Source of the DNA: Polyangiales bacterium
GTDB taxonomy: Bacteria; Myxococcota_A; Polyangia; Polyangiales; Houyiibacteriaceae
Length of the DNA stretch: 43,515 bases
Direction: 5' to 3'
Assembly (NCBI GenBank): GCA_049691835.1
Contig: JBAVOF010000443.1
Coordinates: forward strand, 1 to 43,515
Position 1 is the stretch's first letter. The number at the start of each line of letters is the position of its first letter. A model generated the notes under the pieces. It searched no databases. It was not told the origin of the DNA and saw only the letters and a program-made list of their open reading frames with translations. Shown one piece after another: positions 34,686-43,515 of this stretch. The position numbers were made by a program, and so were the translations under genes.

Positions 34686-35963
34686 CTATCGCAGGGAATG
34701 CACCCCGCCGTCGTCGGATCCGAAGTAGAGTGTTCCATCCGACCCTATCTCGACCGTCGAATCGACGTCCTGGCCGACGTTGTATCGCCAGAGCACCGAG
34801 CCATTGGGGTCGATGCAGTAGAGAAAGTTGTCTTGTGAGCCGACGTAAATGCGACCATCCGCATCGATGCGTGCTGACGCCCGCACCCGAGCCCCCGTGG
34901 CCACCTTCCAGCGAAGGGCGCCGAAGGGGCTTATGGCATACACGTTGCCGTCGTACGAGCCGACGATGACGGTGCCGTCGCGCGCGATCGCTGGCGTTGC
35001 CCGCACCTCGTCGCCCGTCTTGAATCGCCAACGCACTACGCCTTCCTGGTCCAGCTGGAGAACCTCGCCGCCGCCCGTGCCGGTGTAGATGCGGCCTGCA
35101 TCATCGACCGAAGCCGCTCCTTCAATCGCACCGCCGACCGGCACCTCCCAAGCGACGGCACCATCGGGCCGAAGCGCGATGAGCGTACCCTCGGTCGTTC
35201 CGATGATTATCAAATGTGCGGGGTGGATCGCTGGCGCGCTGCGAACATGATCGGCGGTTGGCCTGTGCCAGTGCATGCGACCGAGCAGATCGACGGCGTA
35301 CGCGCCGTTGGCTACCACGTAGATCCGTCCATCGGGTCCCAGGGTGGCCGATGCATCCACCACGTCCTCGAGGGGAAGCTTCCACCGGGGCTGGCCTTGA
35401 AGCGAAAGCGAGACGAGCTCTCGTTGGTGGGTTCCAAAGATGATCGAAGCGCCGGCGATGAGTGCGCTGGGATAGATTTTCTGTCCGGCCGAATAGCGCC
35501 ACTTCAACGAGCCGTCCGGATCCAGTGCCACGAACTGTCCGTCTAGGGAGCCCACGTAGATGGTCCCGTCGTGCCCGACCACGGGAGATGCGAACACTCG
35601 AGCACCGGTCTCGTAAGTCCATCTTGGGGAAGGGCTGACCGATGGGCCACGGTGTTCGCTGCGCCCGGTGTGTGCCGCGTCGCCCATGAACCCGTTGGCA
35701 CTGCGCGGGGTGGTGTGCGGCTTCCCATCGTCCGGCACGACGGGCGGTACGGCGAGCTCGGCCAGCACTTCTTCGACGAAACGGCATCTGCCCTCGTGAC
35801 AGATCCGCCCCGATCGGCATTCGACGTCGGACATGCAGGGGGCCGATGGCCTGACGCGAGCACCCGTACACGAGGCGACCGCCCATAGCAGGGCGAGTGT
35901 CAACGAGAGTAGCGGGCTACGGCGCAATGCGCCCGGACTATACCATCGCCGATCCCTGATCAC
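34686..35963 (-). CDS. PQQ-like (BamB-type) beta-propeller repeat lipoprotein
   Basis: The signal peptide has the lipobox AVASC, followed by a small Cys knot (CMSDVECRSGRICHEGRC). Seven or more repeats of the G.IYVGS.DG..YA.D..G...W type follow. Confidence 0.7.
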   Translation of the reverse strand: MIRDRRWYSPGALRRSPLLSLTLALLWAVASCTGARVRPSAPCMSDVECRSGRICHEGRCRFVEEVLAELAVPPVVPDDGKPHTTPRSANGFMGDAAHTGRSEHRGPSVSPSPRWTYETGARVFASPVVGHDGTIYVGSLDGQFVALDPDGSLKWRYSAGQKIYPSALIAGASIIFGTHQRELVSLSLQGQPRWKLPLEDVVDASATLGPDGRIYVVANGAYAVDLLGRMHWHRPTADHVRSAPAIHPAHLIIIGTTEGTLIALRPDGAVAWEVPVGGAIEGAASVDDAGRIYTGTGGGEVLQLDQEGVVRWRFKTGDEVRATPAIARDGTVIVGSYDGNVYAISPFGALRWKVATGARVRASARIDADGRIYVGSQDNFLYCIDPNGSVLWRYNVGQDVDSTVEIGSDGTLYFGSDDGGVHSLR

Positions 35964-35975
35964 AGTCGAAGCTCG

Positions 35976-37724
35976 CTACCAGGTCACGAGTCTGATCTCG
36001 CTACCTTTTTGTACGGCGATGCGGCGACCGTCCGGGCTGATGGCGAGGCTCCGAAGCTGACCCGGTACCGCCTCCCAGTCCGCAGGGCGCAGCCAGAGCC
36101 CGGCGCCCCCCTCGCGCCAATCCCGCAGCACGATGCCCTCGGTGTGCGGAATCACGTAGCGTGAACCGTCCGGCGTGATTCGGGCCCCTCGGATCGGCGC
36201 GGGCAAGGGGCTCCCAGTGTCGAGATCGATGGGGCGTCCGGCAGGCTTTGCGAACGCGTTGAGAGGAATGATTCGCAGAAGGTCGCCCGATGCCGCGAGT
36301 AACCCCTGGGGTGCCCAGCCAAGCACAGCCCACTCGAACGCGGATGCCGGCCGATCGATGGGTGTCCTGCAGCGGACCTGGCCTGCTAGCAGCTCGATTG
36401 GAACCCGGTGAGTTTGTTTTCCACGAATCGGTCCCACCTCGGCGTCGAAGCCGGTGCAGGTCGCTCGTACCGCTCGAACGGCGTAGCGTCCGTCCGGATC
36501 TCGTACCGGCGGCGTGAGGTCCTCTTCGGATAGCGGTGTCTTGATCCCGGAGCTCAGCTCCACTGCGCGAGGCGTCCGGGCATCGATGACCAGCGTATCG
36601 TCGTCCCTGAAGTAGAGCGAGGCCGGACCGCCTTCGCTATCGAGCACGCGCCAGCTCGCCGTCGCGCCGGCCTTGGCCTTCCGCCACGCCGCCTGAACGA
36701 GCTTTCGTTCCTCCGCCGTGGGCTGCGTCGCCGCCTCGTTCCACCAGCGCTGGAGCTCGAGTGCCCGGACGAAGCTGCCCCGCCGAATGGCGGCGGTCAT
36801 CGCCACCGACACCGCCCGCGCGGTCGCAGGGGACTGCTGACATTGCAAACCCTGCGTGCCCGAGAGACCGATGCGGGCCATTGCACCTTCACCGCAAAGC
36901 GCAACGAACGAATCCAGCTCAGCGAGCGCACGTTTGCTTGCCCGCGGGAGATCGGAGTCCAACGATTTCCACGCCTCGTCCGCGAGCTCTCTGAACGTCG
37001 CCTCAGGTTGCGAAAGGTCTCGCGCGAATCCACCCGGTCGGTTCAACCAAGCCAGGGGAATGTCCGTGTCCGCGATTCGCACGTTGGCCACGACGTCATC
37101 GTAACCGTCCTCGTCGCGGTCTTCGACCCCCAGGGATAGCTCGATCTCTGAGGTCGAGCTGTCGTTCGGTGGCAAGACCGTGATGCGCTCGCGAACCCGC
37201 GGTTGCGCTTCGGCCGTGACGAGCCAGAGGTTGGTCCGCTTTCCTGTCGGACACCGGTGCTCGACGCGCACAGCGACGAGCGACGCAGAGAGCTGGCGGA
37301 GCGCAGCGGTCGGTTCAGTGCAATCGCTCGGCACCAGGAAGGAATCAACGTCACGCGTGACGATATCGAGTCCGCGAGGATACGCGGCCTGAAGCCGCAC
37401 GCGTTCGGGATCGGCCGACACGACCAGTGCGTCAATCGGTTCGCTACCGTCGAGATCCAACCTCAGCGCCGCCAGCGCATAGCCAGCTTGCAATACGAGG
37501 GTCGACTCTGCGACTCGCACCTCGACTTGGCCTGGCCCGAACGCCTCTCCGACGGGCAACTCGGCAGCGCTCTGCGTGACCTGGGCAACGGGCACGGAGG
37601 GGGGTGCTCCCGCGTCTTCGAGACCGAAGGGAACCTGTTTGCGTCCCGGGCACCCCAGGAGCAGCACGCCCCCGAGAAACATCAGCTGTACGACAGCCCA
37701 GCTCTGCAATCGGCACACCTTCAT
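35976..37724 (-). CDS. Hypothetical large lipoprotein with C-terminal TolB/PD40-like blades
   Basis: ATG 37724 gives MKVCRLQSWAVVQLMFLGGVLLLGC (lipobox). The C-terminus has ITPDGSRYV and ISPDGRRIAV motifs like PD40/WD40-type repeats. No family could be assigned to the rest. Confidence 0.45.
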   Translation of the reverse strand: MKVCRLQSWAVVQLMFLGGVLLLGCPGRKQVPFGLEDAGAPPSVPVAQVTQSAAELPVGEAFGPGQVEVRVAESTLVLQAGYALAALRLDLDGSEPIDALVVSADPERVRLQAAYPRGLDIVTRDVDSFLVPSDCTEPTAALRQLSASLVAVRVEHRCPTGKRTNLWLVTAEAQPRVRERITVLPPNDSSTSEIELSLGVEDRDEDGYDDVVANVRIADTDIPLAWLNRPGGFARDLSQPEATFRELADEAWKSLDSDLPRASKRALAELDSFVALCGEGAMARIGLSGTQGLQCQQSPATARAVSVAMTAAIRRGSFVRALELQRWWNEAATQPTAEERKLVQAAWRKAKAGATASWRVLDSEGGPASLYFRDDDTLVIDARTPRAVELSSGIKTPLSEEDLTPPVRDPDGRYAVRAVRATCTGFDAEVGPIRGKQTHRVPIELLAGQVRCRTPIDRPASAFEWAVLGWAPQGLLAASGDLLRIIPLNAFAKPAGRPIDLDTGSPLPAPIRGARITPDGSRYVIPHTEGIVLRDWREGGAGLWLRPADWEAVPGQLRSLAISPDGRRIAVQKGSEIRLVTW

Positions 37725-37768
37725 GACGGTGGGGTAGCACGGGCTGGCGCGGAGAGCCGACAAAGCCT

Positions 37769-38218
37769 TCAGTAAGGCGAAGGTACGCAAATCGCGTCGC
37801 CTTGGTCGATTGCGCAGGACGGTTCGTCGACTCCGCAGAGGTCCAGTGCATCGAGGCATTGAAACCCCGGAGCGCAGTCCTCCGTGACATCACAGGGCTC
37901 GAAGCATATGAGGCTGTCGTCGATCCCTCCAGCCAGGCTGGACGGATAACAGCTGCCGAAGCGCCCAACCAAAGCTCGCGGACAATCGGGTGAGACCGCG
38001 CCGTCGGTGGCGCAGCCGAGGGTACAAATCGCATTGCTCCAGAGCTCACCGCCAAACTCGACGGTCAACTCCTCGCAGAGCGTCGCGGCGAGGACGCAAT
38101 CATCGACCGAGTAGCAGGCGTCGTAGACCAGTGTGGCGTACTCCGTTGGGTTCGAACAGCCCAGCAAGGCCGACAGCATCACGGCGCCCAGGGTGGATCT
38201 GAGGAAGGAACGATTCAT
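37769..38218 (-). CDS. Small Cys-rich lipoprotein (15 Cys in 149 aa)
   Basis: The signal peptide has the lipobox ALLGC. Fourteen further Cys are spread evenly through an acidic mature chain. Confidence 0.5.
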   Translation of the reverse strand: MNRSFLRSTLGAVMLSALLGCSNPTEYATLVYDACYSVDDCVLAATLCEELTVEFGGELWSNAICTLGCATDGAVSPDCPRALVGRFGSCYPSSLAGGIDDSLICFEPCDVTEDCAPGFQCLDALDLCGVDEPSCAIDQGDAICVPSPY

Positions 38219-38222
38219 CGTG

Positions 38223-38918
38223 TCAGTTCAACCAGTGGGGCTCATCGGCGCGGCCACCTTGAACCACGCCGAACGAGCTCTTCTTTTTGCGCCGCCTTGG
38301 TCGCCGTCGGCTCGGCGGCCGACGCAACCACTCGATGAACGCCATGCCGCCGCCGATCGCGCCAATGTCGGCCGCCAGTGCAACGGCATCACCCGAGGTC
38401 ATGAACATCAGGACGCTCAACGCCAACACCAGGTAGATGATATGCACGGGCTTCATGTCGATCACGCCGAAAAAGCTCATTCGGCCTTGTCCGCGGTACG
38501 ACCACGCAAACGCCGCAATTGACCCCAGCAGGATTGCCTGGGCGCCGTATAGTGCAGAGGGATTCGGAACGAGTTGGCCTACGAGGAGCGCCAAGATCGC
38601 AGAGGACAGCGCCGCAGTAACGCAGAGCTGAATCGTGCGCTTTTCCCCGAACCGCTGCTCGAATGGAGCGAGCATCCACCAGAGGAACACGAGCGATATC
38701 AGCATCGAGAATACGGCTTGTGGGCCGGTGGGGAAGGCCAAGACATGGGTACCGAGCTGCCAAATCGTATGCAGGCCCGGCGCCGCGGTGCTCAACGCGA
38801 GCCACTCGAAGATCGGCAGGCCCGCCCAGTTTTGAAGGATGATTTGCACGATCCAGGCGCCAAAAAGCGCGACTAGCAGCTTCTTCACGAACGGGGTCAA
38901 TGGGGGAAAGCGAAACAC
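38223..38918 (-). CDS. Rhomboid-fold membrane protein lacking the catalytic Ser/His dyad (candidate pseudoprotease)
   Basis: Six hydrophobic helices. By eye it aligns to E. coli GlpG: WQLGTHVL (vs WRYFTHAL), YGAQAILLG (vs GLSGVVYAL) and AADIGAIGGG (vs GAHIAGLAVG). The C-terminal tail is polybasic. Confidence 0.5.
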   Translation of the reverse strand: MFRFPPLTPFVKKLLVALFGAWIVQIILQNWAGLPIFEWLALSTAAPGLHTIWQLGTHVLAFPTGPQAVFSMLISLVFLWWMLAPFEQRFGEKRTIQLCVTAALSSAILALLVGQLVPNPSALYGAQAILLGSIAAFAWSYRGQGRMSFFGVIDMKPVHIIYLVLALSVLMFMTSGDAVALAADIGAIGGGMAFIEWLRRPPSRRRPRRRKKKSSFGVVQGGRADEPHWLN

Positions 38919-38957
38919 TGTCTGGCTCTAGTCGGCGTGCGTCGAGATCGCAAGGGA

Positions 38958-39488
38958 TCAGGATTCGGGGCAGATTACCCCGGCGTCCGCAGTCTGGAAG
39001 TCCACCGTGCCCAGATCGAGCAGCAGTTGGGTACCTCCATCGACAGGGACGATTTGGGTCGTCTGAATTGGCGAGCAATCCACGATGAACTTGAGGTCGG
39101 TCTCAGCGCGCCATCGGGATTTGTATTCGTTGTTGAGTGGCTCGGCAAGGATTGCGCCGGTGCCATCGCAGCGGTTCCGAGTCACGAGCATCGTATCGAG
39201 GTACGCGCCCCCATCCACGACGACCGCATTGGCGTCGCTCTCGGCATCGCATTTCAACGTGAACTCCGGCGCAACCCAAAATTGAAGCTCTGCGTCGTCG
39301 ATGATCGCCAACTCGACCAGTGCGATGTCTTCGCAGGTTTGGAGGGTCGGGTCCTGTCCGTCGACGAGCCATCGGCCGCGGACGTGGACCTCGCAACCCG
39401 AGGGGTTGAATCGCACATCCTCGACGCAGCCAGCGGGCAGCAGAGCACCCATCATCGCAACCACGAACACGAGCGCTGACGACCTCAT
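38958..39488 (-). CDS. Hypothetical lipoprotein
   Basis: The signal peptide has the lipobox LPAGC. The acidic mature domain contains 6 more Cys. No family was recognised. Confidence 0.45.
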   Translation of the reverse strand: MRSSALVFVVAMMGALLPAGCVEDVRFNPSGCEVHVRGRWLVDGQDPTLQTCEDIALVELAIIDDAELQFWVAPEFTLKCDAESDANAVVVDGGAYLDTMLVTRNRCDGTGAILAEPLNNEYKSRWRAETDLKFIVDCSPIQTTQIVPVDGGTQLLLDLGTVDFQTADAGVICPES

Positions 39489-39658
39489 TCAAGCTAGCCT
39501 ATCGCGGCGCGAAACGCAGTCAATTCGAGAGTTGACACCCCGATTTCCATGCTTAGCTTAGGATGATCGTCGGAGCTTGCCCGAGGCGCGATGGTGGCGT
39601 TTCGGGTTGATCCGACCGTTGGCCGGCCTGCGAGTGCAGGTCGACGGAGGATTACATC

Positions 39659-40072
39659 ATGTTGGTTCGTTGGGATCCATTCGAAGAGATGAACCGCCTC
39701 CATGACCACTTCTTCAGTGGCAAGGGGCTCTCGAAGCAGGCGCTTCACGTTGCGGTCGACATTCGCGAGGAGGACGACGCGTTCTTCGTGGATGCTGAGG
39801 TGCCGGGCTTGTCGCCGGACGAGGTTCAAGTCGACGTCGAGAAGAACGTCCTCACCATCCGGGGTGAGCGCAAGGTCGAGAAGGAGGAGAGTGAAGGCAC
39901 ATATCGTCGGGTCGAGCGTCAGTACGGCAGCTTCAGCCGCTCGTTCACACTGCCCGAGACGGTCGAAACGGACAAGATCAGCGCTGATTTGAAGAACGGC
40001 GTGCTCGCGTTGAGGCTCCCCAAGAAGGAAGCTCCAACGCCTCGCAGCATTTCGGTCAAGGCGGGAAAGTAG
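39659..40072 (+). CDS. Hsp20/alpha-crystallin family small heat-shock protein
   Basis: WDPFEEM N-terminus, alpha-crystallin core (VDIREEDDAFFVDAEVPGLSPDEVQVDVEKNVLTIRGER...FSRSFTLP) and NGVLALRLPK. Confidence 0.92.
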   Translation: MLVRWDPFEEMNRLHDHFFSGKGLSKQALHVAVDIREEDDAFFVDAEVPGLSPDEVQVDVEKNVLTIRGERKVEKEESEGTYRRVERQYGSFSRSFTLPETVETDKISADLKNGVLALRLPKKEAPTPRSISVKAGK

Positions 40073-40089
40073 TTCGATCACTCGTCATG

Positions 40090-40141
40090 CCGAAAGCGGG
40101 AGGCGGGTTCTGCGCCCCTGTTCACCCGCCCCGGGTTTCGG
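40090..40141. terminator. Imperfect 52-nt inverted repeat between convergent hsp20 and sucA (candidate bidirectional terminator hairpin)
   Basis: CCGAAA...TTTCGG outer arms and CGGGT...ACCCG inner arms pair with bulges. There is no clear U-tract on either strand, so the call is weak. Confidence 0.25.
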
Positions 40142-43078
40142 CTAGCTGAAGACTTCGTCGATCAGAAGCCTCTGCTCGAGCCGGTGTGACGCGCCGGAGC
40201 CAGTCGCGGGACTCGCGCTTTCCGGTCGGGCGATACAGCGCAGGGGTTGCTGGTTGCCGATAATCTCGGGAAGCCTCGCACGCATGAAGTACCAAGCGCC
40301 CATGTTCCACGGCTCCTCTTGAACCCAAACCAAGTCGACGTCCTTTGGATACGGGGCGAGTCGTGTCTGCAGCTCGCTGGCGCGGAGTGGGTAGAGTTGC
40401 TCGATACGGAGGATCCCGATGTCATTGGCTTCGGTCTGCTCTCTGCGCTCCACGATGTCGTAGTAAATCTTGCCCGTGCAGAGCAGAAGACGTCGTACCT
40501 TGGCGGGATCGATCGCCGGATCGTCGGGAATGATTCGTTGGAAACCGCCCTCCGCGAGATCGTCCAAGGTGTTGATCGCGCGACGGTGTCGCAGGAGGCT
40601 CTTCGGGCTCATGACGACCAGCGGCTTGCGCCAAGGTCGCAGCACCTGACGCCGTAGGCAGTGGAACAGCTGGGCCGGCGTGGTCAGGTTGACCACCTGC
40701 ATGTTGTCTTCGGCGCACAAGAGCAGGAACCGCTCGAGCCTTGCGCTGGAGTGCTCCGGTCCTTGACCTTCCATCCCGTGCGGCAGAAGCATCACCAAGC
40801 CGCTCAACCGATGCCATTTGTCCTCGGACGAGGAAATGAACTGGTCGATGATTACCTGCGCGACGTTGACGAAGTCGCCGAACTGCGCCTCCCAACAGAC
40901 CAGAGCATCTGGCGAATCGAGCGAGTAGCCCCATTCGAAACCGAGGACCCCGGCCTCCGACAGCGAGCTGTCATAGATTTCCAAGTGCGCCTGGTCGGGG
41001 CTCAGGTGGCCAAGCCGGGTGTATCGGCGGCCCGTCTCCGAGTCGAAGATGACGGCATGTCGATGGCTGAACGTGCCGCGTCGCGCGTCTTGGCCGGTCA
41101 ACCTGCATCGGACGCCCTGTAGGAGAAGGCTTGCGAAGGCTAGGTTCTCGGCGGTGCCCCAGTCGACACCATCCCCGGTTTCCATGACCTTGCGCTGCTT
41201 GTCCAGGACGAATCGCTCGACGCGTGGGTGTGGCGTGAACCAGTCGGGGTAACTAGTCATCCGATCGAGCGCCTCGATCAGCTCGTCCCGTGGAAACCGC
41301 GTGTCTGCGTCCGGTACGTCGAGGTCGCTGCCGCCCTTGTACTCGGTCCAAAGCCCCAGCATCGACGCCGGAATGAGGTTGTAGTTCCCGTTCTTTCGTG
41401 TGTCCTCGAGGGCGCTTTCCAAGTCCAACTGGCGGCGGACCTTGATCTCCTCGGCCTGCTCGGTCGTGATCTTTCCCGTCTTCACGAGGTGACCGATGTA
41501 GACTTCGCGCACCGTCTGCTTCCGGTCGATGGCCGCGTACATTTCCGGCTGGGTGAACCGCGGCTCGTCGCCCTCATTGTGACCGTATTTCCGGTAGCAG
41601 AAGAGGTCCAACACGACATCACCGTGGAAGCGCTGCCGGTACTCAGTCGCCAAGGTCACCGCCTGAGCCACCGCCTCGGGGTCTTCGCCATTCACGTGAA
41701 ACACCGGACAACGAAGCATTCGGGTGATATCCGTGCAGTACGCGGTGGAGCGTGAATCCTCTGGATTCGTGGTGAATCCGATTTGATTGTTGATTACCAC
41801 GTGGACGGTGCCGCCGGTTTCGAACGCCCGCAGACGACTGAGGTTCAAGGTCTCGGCGACCACGCCTTGCCCGACGAATGATGCGTCGCCGTGGATCAGG
41901 AGGGGCAGCACGGTGATCCGTTCCTCATCGCCTTTGCGGTCCTGTTTGGCGCGGACACGACCCTCCACGACAGGGTTGACCCACTCTAGATGGCTCGGGT
42001 TGAACGCGAGCGTCATGTGAATGTTGTTTCCGCTCGCGGTCTTCCGATCGAGTGAGTAACCGAGGTGATATTTCACGTCGCCGCGCCCGACGTACGCTTC
42101 CGGGTCGTCGTCTTCGAAACCAGCGAAGATTTGACGAACGTTCATTTCCATGATGTTGACCATCACGTTGAGCCGTCCGCGGTGCGCCATTCCGATGACC
42201 ATCTCCTCGACGCCGAGCTCCGAGGCACGTTCGGTGAGGATGTCGAGCATCGGGATCACGCTCTCGCCGCCCTCTAGCGAGAAACGCTTGGCCCCGGTGT
42301 ATTTCGTGTGCAGGAACTGCTCGAAAATCTCGGCGTCCGTCAGTTTAGTCAGGATGCGAATCTGCTGTTCGCGGCTGAGATCGATGTGGTTCCCCGTGAG
42401 CTCCATGCGTTCACGAAGCCAATCACGGGCTTCCTGGTTTTCCAGGGACGTGAACTCGACGCCGACCGTCCGCGCATAGGTGTCTTTCAACCGCGCAAGC
42501 ACGGACCGGAGCGGCTCCGTCGCGGGACCGGCCAAGTCGCCTGTCGAAAAGATGGTGTCCGGATCGACGTGGGCTAACCCGTAGCGTTTCAGCACGAACT
42601 CGCCTTCGGCCGGGGGCGGGTGCAGACCGAGCGGGTCCAGGTTCGCAAAAAGGTGCCCGCGCACGCGATAGGCGTTGATCAACGCCGAAAGACGGGCCTG
42701 GAGCTCGTTTGCGGCGAGCACCTCCGAAGAAGGTGGAAAGGACGTCCGCCCTTCGGGGATGAGCGGCGCCAAGGTCGTCTCCGCAGTCGGCGGCAAGAAC
42801 ACAGAATCGCGCGCCCGTTCCTCGCCATCGAGCTCGGCCGATGGTGGCGGCCATGCTGATGACCCGTTTCCGTCCGTGGGGAGGCGCACCGGGCTCAGCA
42901 AGCCCGCCGCGGTCACGGGTGCGAGGATTGCCCCTGCGCTCGAGATCTGCGGCCAGTCCGTGGGTGAGAGGCTCTCGAAGTACGTACGCCAAGCCGGGTC
43001 TACCGCTAATGGGTTGTCTACCCACTTGAGAAATTGCTCTTCGACCAGCCCTTGGTTTACGCCGAAATCTGCCGTCAT
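40142..43078 (-). CDS. sucA: 2-oxoglutarate dehydrogenase E1 component
   Basis: 978 aa. The N-terminus (VEEQFLKWVDNPLAVDPAWRTYF) and the ThDP-binding and transketolase-like regions (RFSLEGGES, GMAHRGRLNV, HGDASFVGQGVV, LLPHGMEGQGPEHSSAR) are typical of SucA. Confidence 0.95.
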   Translation of the reverse strand: MTADFGVNQGLVEEQFLKWVDNPLAVDPAWRTYFESLSPTDWPQISSAGAILAPVTAAGLLSPVRLPTDGNGSSAWPPPSAELDGEERARDSVFLPPTAETTLAPLIPEGRTSFPPSSEVLAANELQARLSALINAYRVRGHLFANLDPLGLHPPPAEGEFVLKRYGLAHVDPDTIFSTGDLAGPATEPLRSVLARLKDTYARTVGVEFTSLENQEARDWLRERMELTGNHIDLSREQQIRILTKLTDAEIFEQFLHTKYTGAKRFSLEGGESVIPMLDILTERASELGVEEMVIGMAHRGRLNVMVNIMEMNVRQIFAGFEDDDPEAYVGRGDVKYHLGYSLDRKTASGNNIHMTLAFNPSHLEWVNPVVEGRVRAKQDRKGDEERITVLPLLIHGDASFVGQGVVAETLNLSRLRAFETGGTVHVVINNQIGFTTNPEDSRSTAYCTDITRMLRCPVFHVNGEDPEAVAQAVTLATEYRQRFHGDVVLDLFCYRKYGHNEGDEPRFTQPEMYAAIDRKQTVREVYIGHLVKTGKITTEQAEEIKVRRQLDLESALEDTRKNGNYNLIPASMLGLWTEYKGGSDLDVPDADTRFPRDELIEALDRMTSYPDWFTPHPRVERFVLDKQRKVMETGDGVDWGTAENLAFASLLLQGVRCRLTGQDARRGTFSHRHAVIFDSETGRRYTRLGHLSPDQAHLEIYDSSLSEAGVLGFEWGYSLDSPDALVCWEAQFGDFVNVAQVIIDQFISSSEDKWHRLSGLVMLLPHGMEGQGPEHSSARLERFLLLCAEDNMQVVNLTTPAQLFHCLRRQVLRPWRKPLVVMSPKSLLRHRRAINTLDDLAEGGFQRIIPDDPAIDPAKVRRLLLCTGKIYYDIVERREQTEANDIGILRIEQLYPLRASELQTRLAPYPKDVDLVWVQEEPWNMGAWYFMRARLPEIIGNQQPLRCIARPESASPATGSGASHRLEQRLLIDEVFS

Positions 43079-43193
43079 TTAGGAGCCATGGCTTCCCATA
43101 ACGCAGCTCGCTTCGCAAGCCTAACCCGCTGGCTTGCGAGGGGCTTGCGAGCGGCCTGGTGAGGAAGCGCCAGTTGGCCCATCATGACGCGCC

Positions 43194-43515
43194 ATGAGCA
43201 GAGTCTTCGTGATGCTATCGGGATTGCTTGGATTGAGCGCAGTCGCTCTAGGCGCATTCGGCGCACACTGGATGAAATCGCGCCTTGCATCGGTCCCGGA
43301 CGGGCTGAAGCGTCTGGACTGGTGGAACACCGCCGCTCACTACCATCTATCGCATGCTCTGGCTTTGGCGTTCGTCGCATGGCTGGTGCATCGCGGCGCG
43401 GGCGCTTCGGCGGTGCTCGCTGGTTGGTGTTTCGTCGGGGGTGTCACTATCTTCAGCGGCAGCCTCTACCTCATGACGATCACTGGGCAGACCAAGCTGG
43501 GCGCGATCACTCCAG
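43194..43515 (+). CDS. DUF423 (YgdD-like) small membrane protein, 3' partial
   Basis: Not in the ORF track because it has no stop inside the window. ATG 43194 gives MSRVFVMLSGLLGLSAVALGAFGAHWMK...AAHYHLSHALAL...FSGSLYLM, which matches the DUF423 pattern. Confidence 0.7.
   Translation, partial: MSRVFVMLSGLLGLSAVALGAFGAHWMKSRLASVPDGLKRLDWWNTAAHYHLSHALALAFVAWLVHRGAGASAVLAGWCFVGGVTIFSGSLYLMTITGQTKLGAITP

Noticed and set aside
34681-35031. The N-terminal 117-aa extension of the RNase R ORF (ORF 32263..35031)
   Set aside because: The extension is Arg/Gly-rich nonsense that overlaps the 3' end of the PQQ-propeller gene. A conserved-looking start, MKKEIPEKD, at ATG 34680 sits 5 nt after that gene's stop.
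39532-39658. A possible promoter (TTGACA at 39532-39537) and a ROSE-like or sigma32-type heat-shock control element upstream of hsp20
   Set aside because: No acceptable -10 hexamer lies at 16-18 nt spacing (TAGCTT or AGCTTA only). There is no sigma32 CCCCAT-type -10 at correct spacing, no CIRCE inverted repeat, and I could not draw a convincing SD-sequestering hairpin.

Overview
GC-rich bacterial chromosomal window. The many lipobox proteins, a PEGA-type Ser/Thr kinase and Kelch/PQQ propellers suggest a Myxococcota-like deltaproteobacterium, but that is inference only. The centre (about 10.7-27.5 kb, + strand) is one uninterrupted translation/transcription supercluster: rpsL-rpsG-fusA-tuf-rpmG-tRNA-Trp-secE-nusG-rplK-rplA-rplJ-rplL-rpoB-rpoC. 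The left flank carries a DUF3124 protein, a BASS-type transporter, a HlyD/ABC-2 exporter, DUF924 overlapping a PabB-like gene, a Kelch-like lipoprotein, a Ser/Thr kinase and a TPR-like membrane protein. The right flank carries an acyl-CoA dehydrogenase, then on the minus strand a three-gene peptide-modification locus. After that locus comes a tightly packed seven-gene string of envelope lipoproteins, a rhomboid-like protein, RNase R and thymidine phosphorylase, then Hsp20, 2-oxoglutarate dehydrogenase E1 and a partial DUF423 gene. The most interesting element is the minus-strand locus 28623-30539. It encodes a short signal/lipobox peptide ending in EAACG-EGSCG-EGSCG-EK, followed by a DUF692 (MNIO) enzyme and a DUF2063 partner. 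That is a bufferin/HvfA-like RiPP metallophore system in an unusual, apparently uncharacterised form. Other notable points are a rhomboid homologue lacking the catalytic Ser/His, a fused str/rif gene order sharing a single tuf, and an unusually long structured rpsG-fusA spacer. No CRISPR array, transposase, integrase or phage genes were seen. All family assignments rest on motif recognition by eye, since no searches could be run.
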